Source: Bifidobacterium breve (lineage in GTDB: Bacteria > Bacteroidota > Bacteroidia > AKYH767-A > OLB10). From it: a stretch of DNA of 64,000 nucleotides. The stretch's first letter is position 1; every line of letters begins with the position of its first letter. The stretch is taken from NCBI GenBank assembly GCA_943329665.2, contig CALQEU020000020.1, positions 584 to 64,583 on the forward strand. The letters are read 5' to 3'. The position numbers and the translations under genes were made by a program. Of the stretch, positions 49,292 to 58,642 are shown in pieces. The notes under the pieces were generated by a model, which was not told where the DNA came from, did not search any database, and saw only the letters and a program-made list of their open reading frames with translations.

Positions 49292-50575
49292 TTATTTAAC
49301 TGAATACTTTTCTTTATACCGACGGTAAAGCTCTTTTTGATAATTATCCAAATCAATCATTCTACCTTGTATAAACGCCATCTCCACTTTATTTCCAGTC
49401 ATGTCTAATGCATCACCCGATGAAATAAATAACGTGGCGTCTTTTTCATCTTCTAGCGACCCACAACTTTTATCAATTCCCAAAATTTGCGCTGATGATA
49501 ACGTGATGCATTGCAAGGCTTCTTCTTTTGACAAACCATATCCTGCCACTGTTCCCGCTTGAAATCCCAAATTGCGCTGTTGCCAAAACCCTTCATCGGT
49601 GATACTGACTGTAATTCCAGCTTTGAATAAAATTCCTGGCAATTTATAAGACATATCAACATCATCATCTTCACGATAAGGCAGTGCATGCGTACGTGTT
49701 ATTATTACCGGAACATTTTTTTCTTTCAATAAATCTACCACTCTCCAACTATCGTTACCACCCACAATGACTATTTTTAATTTGTACTTATCGCCGAAGT
49801 TAATGGCTTCAATAATTTCTCTCGCAAATTCACAACGCACGTATAGATTCATACTGCCATCAAATAAACCTTTCATGGCTTCTAAGCTTCTGTTTTTTAC
49901 AGATGGATTCGATTTAGCATACCCCGCCGCGTCGTCGAATTGTGTGTACAACGATTGCATCGCTTTTTCATTCTTTGTTTTTTGCTCTGCTTCTGCATCC
50001 GGTGTAGCCATTCGCTGTTGACGCATCGATGGCCAATTCACCCAAATACCATCATCGGCTTTTACCATTGCATCTTCCCAATTCCATGCATCCAATTGCA
50101 CCACGGAAGAAGAACCGCTTAACAAGCCACCCTGCGGAGCCACTTGCGCCATCAAGACTCCGTTGTCACGTACCGTAGGAATGACTCTTGAATCGGGGTT
50201 GTAAGCGATCAATGTTCGTGCACTTGGATTGAGACTTCCACTTTCTCTGTAATCATTGGTAGCTCTCACCGCCTCCAAATCACTCAATCCTAAAATAGAA
50301 TTTAAAGCAATAAAGCCCGGATACGCATGTTTGTCGTTTACGTAAATAATGGTATCAAAAGCTTTTGGATCGGGACGAAATCCTTTTGCATCCATTACAA
50401 AACTTAGCTTCCCGCCTGTGATGCCAATGGCGCTCACGGGGATCATTTTTCCATTGCCAATATGAGCAGTTGCACCTAATAATAATATGCGTTGGTTATT
50501 TGCTGTTGCTGGTGCGGGACGTTGCGCCATCACCGCTTGAGAAATCAATAATAATAGTATAAATATCTTTTTCAT
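49292..50575 (-). CDS. Amidohydrolase-family protein, secreted; HxH metal motif degenerate
   Basis: Signal peptide. Amidohydrolase-like fold signature PGFIALNSILG, where D.H.H is replaced by A.N.I. Confidence 0.7.
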   Translation of the reverse strand: MKKIFILLLLISQAVMAQRPAPATANNQRILLLGATAHIGNGKMIPVSAIGITGGKLSFVMDAKGFRPDPKAFDTIIYVNDKHAYPGFIALNSILGLSDLEAVRATNDYRESGSLNPSARTLIAYNPDSRVIPTVRDNGVLMAQVAPQGGLLSGSSSVVQLDAWNWEDAMVKADDGIWVNWPSMRQQRMATPDAEAEQKTKNEKAMQSLYTQFDDAAGYAKSNPSVKNRSLEAMKGLFDGSMNLYVRCEFAREIIEAINFGDKYKLKIVIVGGNDSWRVVDLLKEKNVPVIITRTHALPYREDDDVDMSYKLPGILFKAGITVSITDEGFWQQRNLGFQAGTVAGYGLSKEEALQCITLSSAQILGIDKSCGSLEDEKDATLFISSGDALDMTGNKVEMAFIQGRMIDLDNYQKELYRRYKEKYSVK

Positions 50576-50586
50576 GGTTGGTCAAA

Positions 50587-53500
50587 TTAATGTGGTGCGT
50601 GTTCCATATCGTTACAATGGTATTCTTCGTGTGGTGCACTTCCGCCTTTTTGTGTAGCTCCACCCGCTGCTTTATCGTCTTGCATTTTTTTAATAATGCG
50701 TTGTCGTTCTGTTTGTATATCGGCGCGAAGTTGTTCATCACGCTTTAAATCAAAATAGCATATACCATCAACAAAAGTTTTCACGGGGGTTGAATACACC
50801 GACAATGGCGGACCATTCCATAATACTACATCGGCATCTTTTCCTATTTTAATACTTCCTACTTTTTCACTTACATGCAATAGTTTCGCAGGATTCAGCG
50901 TAACGAACTTCAGAGCCTCTTCCTCTGAAATATTTCCATATTTGCAAGCTTTGGCCGCTTCTTGATTTAATCGTCGAGCCATTTCTGCATCATCGCTATT
51001 AAATCCTGTTACTACTCCTACGTTGTGCATAATCGCTCCATTGTATGGAATGGCCTCAATTACTTCATACTTGTACGCCCACCAATCAGAAAAAGAAGAA
51101 GCCCCTGCACCATGTGTCTTCATCTTATCGGCTACTTTATATCCTTCCAAAATATGAGTAAACGTATTTACACGAAATTGAAATGAATCGGCAACATGCA
51201 TCAACATATTAATTTCACCTTGCTGATAACTATGACAAGTAATGAATCTTTTCTTATTTAATATTTCAGCCAATGCATCTAATTCTAAATCGCGACGTGG
51301 TGCCATTCCTTTCGATTTGCTTAAATTAAATTTCTTCCAATTGGCATCGTATTCTTTTGCTCTCGTAAACGCATCAATGTAAATTTGCTCTACTCCCATT
51401 CGTGTTTGCGGATAGCGGTTAACGTTATTATCACCCCAATTCGATTGCTTTACATTTTCTCCTAAAGCAAACTTGATAAAACCATCTGCACCCTTAAATT
51501 TCATTTCTTCCGCTGTTTGTCCCCAACGCAATTTTATTAAGATGGTTTGTCCGCCAACAGCATTCGCACTTCCATGTAATAAATGTGAAGTAGTTACTCC
51601 ACCTGCTAACTGTCGATAAATATTGATATCATCTGGATTAATTACATCACCAATTCGAACTTCAGAAGTCACACTTTGCGTTCCTTCATTCACGCCTTCG
51701 TTGATGGCAATATGAGAATGTTCGTCGATGATTCCAGGTGTCACATGCATTCCAGTGCCATCAATCATTTCCATTCCATCATATTTAATTTTATCGGTAT
51801 CACTAAACTTTCCAACGGCAATAATTTTTCCGCCTTTGATGATCACATCTGCATTTTGCAAGATGCCTTGATCTTCGCATGTCCATACCGTTACATTCTT
51901 AATCCATACATTTCCTGCAGATGGAATATCCGCTTTCGATTTCCATCCGTAAGCCATGTTCGGAAGCCATGTTTGTGGCATCACAAATGCTGAATCTTTC
52001 TTGATAGTATCTTTCTTTGCTTCCGATGGGCCCATCTTTTCCGCCGACCAAGTCATCCATTTCCCATCTGGATTTTGTGCTTGTCCGCTGATTCGACTTC
52101 CGTTCAAATTAAAACTTCCATTTAATCGATACGCTCCTTTTCCTTTTTTAGGCTCGAAACGAAATGTCCATTGCGAGTTAAAGGAAGTTGCTTCTACTTT
52201 TACCTTGATGGTATCGCGTTGCAATATCCATTCAGGTGCAAATTGATCCCCGCTAGCAGATAAATTCCATCCTTGCAACGTATCTAAAGTTAACTTGTAT
52301 TTATTTCGAATCTCAATACTATCTGGATTCTTGATGATGTATCGCTCTCCAGAAATCCAGTGCTCCACTAATACATTTTCCTTTTCAAAATAATCTTTTG
52401 TGCAGATAAAAAAGTTAGCTAGCATTCCTGATTTCAACGATCCTACTTGATTCTCTATTCCTAATAACTTTGCCGGAAGTGTAGTCAATGCTTTCAATGC
52501 TTGATCTTTCGACAATCCACACTTCAACGCTTTTTGCAATGATGATGTAAACTCCTTCTTTTCTTTTAATCCATCTGTGGTTAATACAAAATTAACTCCT
52601 GCTTTTTCTAACACGCTCGCATTTGCTGGTGCCATTTCCCAATGACGCAAATCGTCCAAGTTAATATTTAATGCATCAAAAGGATTTGAAACATCGTATG
52701 CTTTTGGAAAATTTAGCGAAACAATGAATGTCGATTTACTCTTCGCAATTTCTTCTATACGTTTATATTCATCTCCTCCTCCACGTATACAATAACTTTG
52801 ACCAAATTCTTTTGCAATTAAATTTGCTCTCAATACAGAACGATAATCGTTCACTTCAAAAAGTTGTAGTAAATTTTGATTCGCATTCCACGCCGCTAAA
52901 GAAATATCAAAATCCTTATCCGTCGCATTTTTATACCATTGTGCATCCAAATACGTTTGACGAATCAAGGCAATACTTCCCATCAAGGAAGAAGGATAAT
53001 CTTGTGTTGAGGTTCCTTTATTAAATGAAAAAGCATTTGCTGCTTTGTCTTTTAATATGAGTTTATGGATATCACCATCACCCATCAGCACAACAGTGCC
53101 TGTACCTCTCGCAATACCATCTTTCCGTAACGACAACCCTATACCAAAACCAAGTTTACGAAATTCTTGTGCTTCTTTTGCATTAGCATCGAAAGCTACA
53201 TACGCATTAAATTCCGGATGAATAGCTTGATTCCAACTGGTAGCACCTGTTGAATTCGACTCTGCTTGCGGTTTGCGTTCACGACGGTTTAATGGAGTAG
53301 ATGCTTTCGTATCTTCCTGACCATAGTCGGTGTAAGCATCGATGAAAGAAGGATAAATATACTGTCCTTTCAAATCATAAACGATGGCATCGGCTGGAAT
53401 ATTGATTGCATTTCCAACGCCAATTACTTTACCTTTTTGAATAAGTAAGATGGCATCTTTCAAGATATTTCCGGGTTCGATTACGATGTAGGCATGCTTG

Positions 53501-53616
53501 AAAGCATAGACCAATTCGCGTTCATCGGCAAGGCCAATAACGGGTTGGGTAGATTGCGCGTTGAGAGATTGAATCCCAAAAAACAACGTGCATAACAATG
53601 TTAGTATTTTTTTCAT
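50587..53616 (-). CDS. Two-domain amidohydrolase-family protein, secreted
   Basis: ATG at 53616 gives signal peptide MKKILTLLCTLFFGIQSLNAQ. The N-domain PSFIDAYTDYG is degenerate. The C-domain PGIIDEHSHIAINEG has an intact HxH. Confidence 0.8.
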   Translation of the reverse strand: MKKILTLLCTLFFGIQSLNAQSTQPVIGLADERELVYAFKHAYIVIEPGNILKDAILLIQKGKVIGVGNAINIPADAIVYDLKGQYIYPSFIDAYTDYGQEDTKASTPLNRRERKPQAESNSTGATSWNQAIHPEFNAYVAFDANAKEAQEFRKLGFGIGLSLRKDGIARGTGTVVLMGDGDIHKLILKDKAANAFSFNKGTSTQDYPSSLMGSIALIRQTYLDAQWYKNATDKDFDISLAAWNANQNLLQLFEVNDYRSVLRANLIAKEFGQSYCIRGGGDEYKRIEEIAKSKSTFIVSLNFPKAYDVSNPFDALNINLDDLRHWEMAPANASVLEKAGVNFVLTTDGLKEKKEFTSSLQKALKCGLSKDQALKALTTLPAKLLGIENQVGSLKSGMLANFFICTKDYFEKENVLVEHWISGERYIIKNPDSIEIRNKYKLTLDTLQGWNLSASGDQFAPEWILQRDTIKVKVEATSFNSQWTFRFEPKKGKGAYRLNGSFNLNGSRISGQAQNPDGKWMTWSAEKMGPSEAKKDTIKKDSAFVMPQTWLPNMAYGWKSKADIPSAGNVWIKNVTVWTCEDQGILQNADVIIKGGKIIAVGKFSDTDKIKYDGMEMIDGTGMHVTPGIIDEHSHIAINEGVNEGTQSVTSEVRIGDVINPDDINIYRQLAGGVTTSHLLHGSANAVGGQTILIKLRWGQTAEEMKFKGADGFIKFALGENVKQSNWGDNNVNRYPQTRMGVEQIYIDAFTRAKEYDANWKKFNLSKSKGMAPRRDLELDALAEILNKKRFITCHSYQQGEINMLMHVADSFQFRVNTFTHILEGYKVADKMKTHGAGASSFSDWWAYKYEVIEAIPYNGAIMHNVGVVTGFNSDDAEMARRLNQEAAKACKYGNISEEEALKFVTLNPAKLLHVSEKVGSIKIGKDADVVLWNGPPLSVYSTPVKTFVDGICYFDLKRDEQLRADIQTERQRIIKKMQDDKAAGGATQKGGSAPHEEYHCNDMEHAPH

Positions 53617-53712
53617 GGGGATATGAGGGCAGGGCAACGAAGGTAATAGTTTTATAAGCGTAAGGGATTCCTCCCACTCAAAAAATTGAGGTAGGAGAAT
53701 TAACTGCCAACC

Positions 53713-55212
53713 ATGAACTCAGCCGAGCCAAGAAACTCTCAAGAAGCGTCATTTCAATTGTTTCGACTTCCGAAAGATAAGACCGTCCTCGACTTTGTGG
53801 TTCAAAAGTTAGGTGAAGGAGCTAGCCCCGAACACTATGAAATCGTAGAATCGCTGCTGGACATGTACCGAACATCTACCGGTTTCGACCCCTTTGCGTT
53901 GTCGAAAGGACGCTTCAAACGACTCAAAGCGGGTGAATTTAGAGCCTACTTCTCTGAGATTGACCGGGAAATTGGACAACTTATTTTGAGCAATGAATAC
54001 AAACAATTTATCGCTGAAAAATCCAACTTCACACCGCTCTTCAAAGAATATGTAGAGCTAGGACAAGCCATTCAAATTCATCCTGCGCTTTCCTTGACGA
54101 GTGAATTAGAATCGTTTGAAAGCAAATGCGAAAATGCGGAATCGGAAGAAATATTATTGTGCTTGTATCGACAACAAACCCATTTTTTAGAAGTAGTACA
54201 TCAAGGTGACGGAATCGAAAAATTTATTGAGAAGTATGATGCGTTAGTGGAGCGACAACGTCAACGACAGCGTGAAGTGCGATTAGGATTTGAATTAATT
54301 CGCCTGGAACAATCGGCCGACAAAGGACAACAACAAGAAGAACACGTTGTAAAAGTATATGAAGAATTGGGAGTGCTCCTTACATTAGCTTCTTCCACAC
54401 TCAACAAATATCATCTGCTCTTAAAAATCATTCGTGCTAGTTTACTAACGGCATCGCCATACCGTTTTTTAGCTACCTACCTCGATTACTTACAAACTAC
54501 ACATCAAGAAATGCTTCACTTTCTTCCTGAAGCAAAACGAAAAATATTTACGGTACTCGCACAGTACAGCGTTTCTTCCAACAAAGAACAGCGTTTGGCA
54601 TGGCTCGATGCAGCGGAACTGGAAGCTAAACATCAAGAATTGCATGATGAGCGCCCGGGATTCCGATTTATTCGTTGCATCATTGAAACCGATGCTGGAA
54701 AAATTGATGCGGCCATTAAATGCCTCAACGAAGCAGAGCATCTTATCTACAAAGCCAGTACCCGAAGTTTATCGTCTCGCAATAATTGGATCCGACTGAG
54801 TGAATATCGTAGTTTACTTTTTGCCTTGAAAGTGTTGCAAGGAGAAACCATTTCAGCCGAACGTTTTTTACAATTGCAGCAATTGGCAGAAGACATGGGC
54901 CGACATCGTCAGGAGATTTCAGTTTTACTTTTAGAATGGAAAGGCTTACAACATTTTGTATTTAATGATGTTGAGCAAGCCTACACTTGTTTCGACAGAG
55001 CTAAATCCTATCGCAAAAATAAAGGGGAACATCCTTGGGAAATACTGGATAAATACTTCTGTGCGAAATTGGGTAAATCGAAAAAGAAAAATGAGTCGGC
55101 TCACTTTGCCTTGCTCCTACAAGAAATGAAAGAGCCTTTTTATTCGAGCGTGATGGGACAAATGATTGAGCTTATTGAAGCTAAGAAAACGAACGAACCT
55201 TCTGTTGCGTAA
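53713..55212 (+). CDS. Hypothetical cytoplasmic all-alpha protein (499 aa)
   Basis: Long ORF with no signal peptide and helical, TPR-like character. I recognise no motif. Confidence 0.6.
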   Translation: MNSAEPRNSQEASFQLFRLPKDKTVLDFVVQKLGEGASPEHYEIVESLLDMYRTSTGFDPFALSKGRFKRLKAGEFRAYFSEIDREIGQLILSNEYKQFIAEKSNFTPLFKEYVELGQAIQIHPALSLTSELESFESKCENAESEEILLCLYRQQTHFLEVVHQGDGIEKFIEKYDALVERQRQRQREVRLGFELIRLEQSADKGQQQEEHVVKVYEELGVLLTLASSTLNKYHLLLKIIRASLLTASPYRFLATYLDYLQTTHQEMLHFLPEAKRKIFTVLAQYSVSSNKEQRLAWLDAAELEAKHQELHDERPGFRFIRCIIETDAGKIDAAIKCLNEAEHLIYKASTRSLSSRNNWIRLSEYRSLLFALKVLQGETISAERFLQLQQLAEDMGRHRQEISVLLLEWKGLQHFVFNDVEQAYTCFDRAKSYRKNKGEHPWEILDKYFCAKLGKSKKKNESAHFALLLQEMKEPFYSSVMGQMIELIEAKKTNEPSVA

Positions 55213-55318
55213 GGAAATCTCCCTTAAAAAGTCTATTTATTTTTTGAAGACAACTAATTTCAACAATTGACAAGGAATATAATTTGTACTTGCTATCTTT
55301 ATTCCAAAGAAATAAAAA

Positions 55319-56299
55319 ATGAAAAAAATAAATGGTTCACGCATCATAATTCTTGTTTTACTAAGTTTAAATTTTCTCCTTTCAGCTTGTCAATCCAACA
55401 GAGCTAAAGATGTTCCCGTTATTGGATTCATCGATTTTGTTGAAGATGCTACATTGGCACAAGCTCGAACTGGATTTTACGATGCCCTTAAAAATTCAGG
55501 ATACAGCGAAGACCGAGGCACCCTAAAAATAATTTACAGAAACGCTCAAGGAGATCAAGCTGTATTATTGCAGGCGGTGGATTATGTTATTTCACAACAG
55601 CCCCTATTTATTGCTACCAACACTACCTTGTCCACCATCAACACCGTTCAGCGCACCAAAGAAATTCCAATTTTTATGATGGTAGCACCTCGACCTGACA
55701 TAGCGGGTCTCACTAATAAAGCAGGAGAAAATCCACCCAACTTATTTGGTGTTTATGAAACCTTAGATTATATTGATACTTCTGCTGCTTTAATCCAACA
55801 ATTATTTCCATCTACTAAAAAAGTGGGCACCATATACAGTGCATCCGAATCGCAAAGTATAGATGCTTTGAATCGACTCAAAGAAAGCTGCAAAAAAATG
55901 GGAATAGAATTAGATGCGATTCCTGTTACCAATTCATCGGAGACGCAACTCATCACTGAATCGTTGCTCAGCAAAAACATTGATGTATTCTTTGCACTGC
56001 CCGACAATGTTATTTTTTCTTCCTTTGAAACCGTAGTGAAATCATGCAACGATAAAAACATTCCGATCATCACCAGCGAAGCAGGATTGGTGAGCAGAGG
56101 AGCTTTAGCTAGCTTTGGTGCCGACATGTATCAGTGGGGATTTCAATCGGGGGTACAAGCAGCGCAGTTCTTAAAAGAAAAATCTACAAAAAATCTACAA
56201 CCTCAACTTGTCAACAATCGAAAAAAAGCAATGAACGAACAAGTTGCCAAGCAATTTAAAATAACTCCTGACAGCTCATTCACGGTACTCACCCAATAA
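55319..56299 (+). CDS. ABC transporter substrate-binding lipoprotein (ABC_sub_bind / PF04392-like)
   Basis: Lipobox LLSAC. VIGFIDFVEDATLAQARTGFYDALKNSGY...YRNAQGDQAVL matches the family pattern. Confidence 0.75.
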   Translation: MKKINGSRIIILVLLSLNFLLSACQSNRAKDVPVIGFIDFVEDATLAQARTGFYDALKNSGYSEDRGTLKIIYRNAQGDQAVLLQAVDYVISQQPLFIATNTTLSTINTVQRTKEIPIFMMVAPRPDIAGLTNKAGENPPNLFGVYETLDYIDTSAALIQQLFPSTKKVGTIYSASESQSIDALNRLKESCKKMGIELDAIPVTNSSETQLITESLLSKNIDVFFALPDNVIFSSFETVVKSCNDKNIPIITSEAGLVSRGALASFGADMYQWGFQSGVQAAQFLKEKSTKNLQPQLVNNRKKAMNEQVAKQFKITPDSSFTVLTQ

Positions 56300-56856
56300 A
56301 CTTATCCTACAAAAAATAAAGCCAAAAAAGTTGGCAGCCCTATTTTAAATATAAATTTTAGTTTTAATGAAGATTTCAATCTCATTTTACTTGTTACTTT
56401 CTTTTACGTGAAAAGAAAGTAACCAAAGAAAGCACGCCACCCATCCCGATAGCTATCGGGACCAACCCATTTTTGCTGTTTCTGCTTTCTATTTTCTTTC
56501 GCAACCACTGAACAATCATTTGTGCTATCTCTTTACTTCATCGGTTCAGCAAAAATCGGTTCGCGCTGTTGCGTGGACGACCTCCGCACTGTACCGAACG
56601 AAACTTAATATTATTAATATTTATTGCTCGAAATATGCTCCCTTTTGTGTATAATTAATTAGACTACTTGTTATATATAACTGGTATTAGATAATTTTGC
56701 CTAAGAATTGCCTCAAAATTAATGTCAGTGCTAATCACGACAATTCATAGATTTATCAATGAATTGTCGTCTTATGGGTTTACGCCCCCGAACAAAATGA
56801 AGGGGTACAACTGTCATTTTTAAGAACAATTAAAGTATAAATACTATTTTAGCAAG

Positions 56857-57729
56857 ATGAACGCAGCCTTCCTTCTCACGGCCATTTTACAAGGGCTTGC
56901 TTTTGCAGGATTAGGTTATGGGATTTATATTTCACTACGCATCTTCAATATTCCCGACATCACCACGGATGGAAGTTATGCATTAGGTGGTGTGGTCACG
57001 GCCATTTGCATTACCTCGGGCATGCATCCACTTTATGCCATGAGCATTGCTGCGGTGGCTGGAGCTCTTGCAGGAATGTGCAGCGGACTCATCCATACTT
57101 TACTAAAAGTAAATGCGCTGTTGGCTGGAATTTTAGTCATGACTGCGTTATACTCTGTTAATTTAATTTTACTTGGTCGACCCAATTTACCATTGATCGA
57201 TACACCTTCCTTCTTCACCTTAATTCCGTTTGGTTCGGCACTAAGCAAATCCATATTTGCTTTACTTGCATTTTTACTATTTATCACTGTACTGTTTCGC
57301 TATCTCTTAAAAAGCGACTTCGGTATTGCTATGCGGGCAACGGGAAACAACGAAGCCATGGTACGTGCGATGGGTGTTAACGTATCGAGCATGAAAGTGA
57401 TTGGATTATCAATAGCCAATGCACTCACAGCATTGAGCGGATCGCTTATCACCCAATACCAGGGATTTGCCGATATCAATATGGGAATTGGAATTGTGAT
57501 TTCCGGATTAGGGGCGGTGATGATGGGTGAAGCTCTCTTTGGAAAAAAAGTTCGACAAAATATTTATATACACCTCATCGCGGTTGCATGCGGTTGCATC
57601 CTTTTCCGATTAGCCATTGCCGGCGCATTATCCGCAGGTGTTGATCCCAACTACCTTCGACTCATTACTTCATTAATTGTATTAGTCATCATTGCCATGG
57701 CGAGTGCAAAAAAGAAAAAAGTGATATGA
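56857..57729 (+). CDS. ABC transporter permease (BPD_transp_2 type)
   Basis: 8-9 TM segments. It overlaps the ATPase gene by 4 nt (ATGA). Confidence 0.8.
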   Translation: MNAAFLLTAILQGLAFAGLGYGIYISLRIFNIPDITTDGSYALGGVVTAICITSGMHPLYAMSIAAVAGALAGMCSGLIHTLLKVNALLAGILVMTALYSVNLILLGRPNLPLIDTPSFFTLIPFGSALSKSIFALLAFLLFITVLFRYLLKSDFGIAMRATGNNEAMVRAMGVNVSSMKVIGLSIANALTALSGSLITQYQGFADINMGIGIVISGLGAVMMGEALFGKKVRQNIYIHLIAVACGCILFRLAIAGALSAGVDPNYLRLITSLIVLVIIAMASAKKKKVI

Positions 57730-58475
57730 TCCAGTTGCAACATATCAGCAAAACTTTTCATGCAGGTGAAGCGATGGAAGTAAAAGCCATTCAGGATTTG
57801 CAATTACAAATTGCATCTGAAGATTTTGTGGTAGTGGTGGGTGCCAATGGTTCAGGAAAATCGACATTATTAAATTTGTTAGCAGGCACCTATTCGCCTG
57901 ATGCGGGAAATATTATTTTTGATGGTGTTTCAGTAAATAATTTACAAGAACATCAACGCAGCAAGTACATTGCACGACTCTTTCAGAATCCGATGATGGG
58001 CACAGCTCCTGAATTAAGCGTTTTAGAAAATTTTCGACTTGCGGCCTTACGCACTACTTCTAAAAAATTACACATTGGCATAAATACCATTTTTCGGCAA
58101 GGCGTAGCCGATAGTATTCAACGTGTAGGGATGGGATTAGAGAACAAATTAGATACTCCCATGGGGCAACTCAGCGGTGGACAGCGACAAGCGCTTACTC
58201 TCCTCATGAGCACGATGGACAATTGCAAAATACTGTTGATGGACGAACCCACCTCTGCCCTCGATCCCCGCTCCTCAGAGCTCATCATGGAACTCGCCAA
58301 AAACATCATACAAGAAAAAAAGATTTGCGCCTTATTGGTAACACATCGTTTGAAAGATTGTATTCAATTTGGGAATAGAATACTTTTTATGAAAGAAGGG
58401 AAAGTGGAACAAGATATTTTTGGCGTATCAAAAAAAGAAATTTCGTTAGAAAAACTTTATGGGTGGTTTGATTAA
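57726..58475 (+). CDS. ABC transporter ATP-binding protein
   Basis: Walker A GANGSGKST, signature LSGGQRQ, Walker B LLMDEPTSALD. Confidence 0.9.
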   Translation: MIQLQHISKTFHAGEAMEVKAIQDLQLQIASEDFVVVVGANGSGKSTLLNLLAGTYSPDAGNIIFDGVSVNNLQEHQRSKYIARLFQNPMMGTAPELSVLENFRLAALRTTSKKLHIGINTIFRQGVADSIQRVGMGLENKLDTPMGQLSGGQRQALTLLMSTMDNCKILLMDEPTSALDPRSSELIMELAKNIIQEKKICALLVTHRLKDCIQFGNRILFMKEGKVEQDIFGVSKKEISLEKLYGWFD

Positions 58476-58599
58476 TAGCTTTAAAAAAAGGAACGCGAAT
58501 GACACGGATAAAACGGATTTTCACGGATTTGTTCATCGCACATTGAAAATATGTAGATTGTTACAATGAAGCATATTAGTGGATTCGCGCTTTCGTAAA

Positions 58600-58640
58600 T
58601 TCGTAATTCGTACATTCGTATCGATTCGTAATTCGTAACC
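58600..58640. repeat. Left arm of the 38-bp perfect inverted repeat (TACGAAT-word element)
   Basis: 58603-58640 (GTAATTCGTACATTCGTATCGATTCGTAATTCGTAACC) is the exact reverse complement of 61218-61255. Confidence 0.95.
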
Positions 58641-58642
58641 TT

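Noticed and set aside
56700-56856. Known riboswitch upstream of the ABC permease
   Set aside because: I could not recognise a TPP, FMN, cobalamin, SAM, lysine, glycine, fluoride, ZTP or preQ1 consensus by eye. It is kept only as an unexplained structured leader in the findings.
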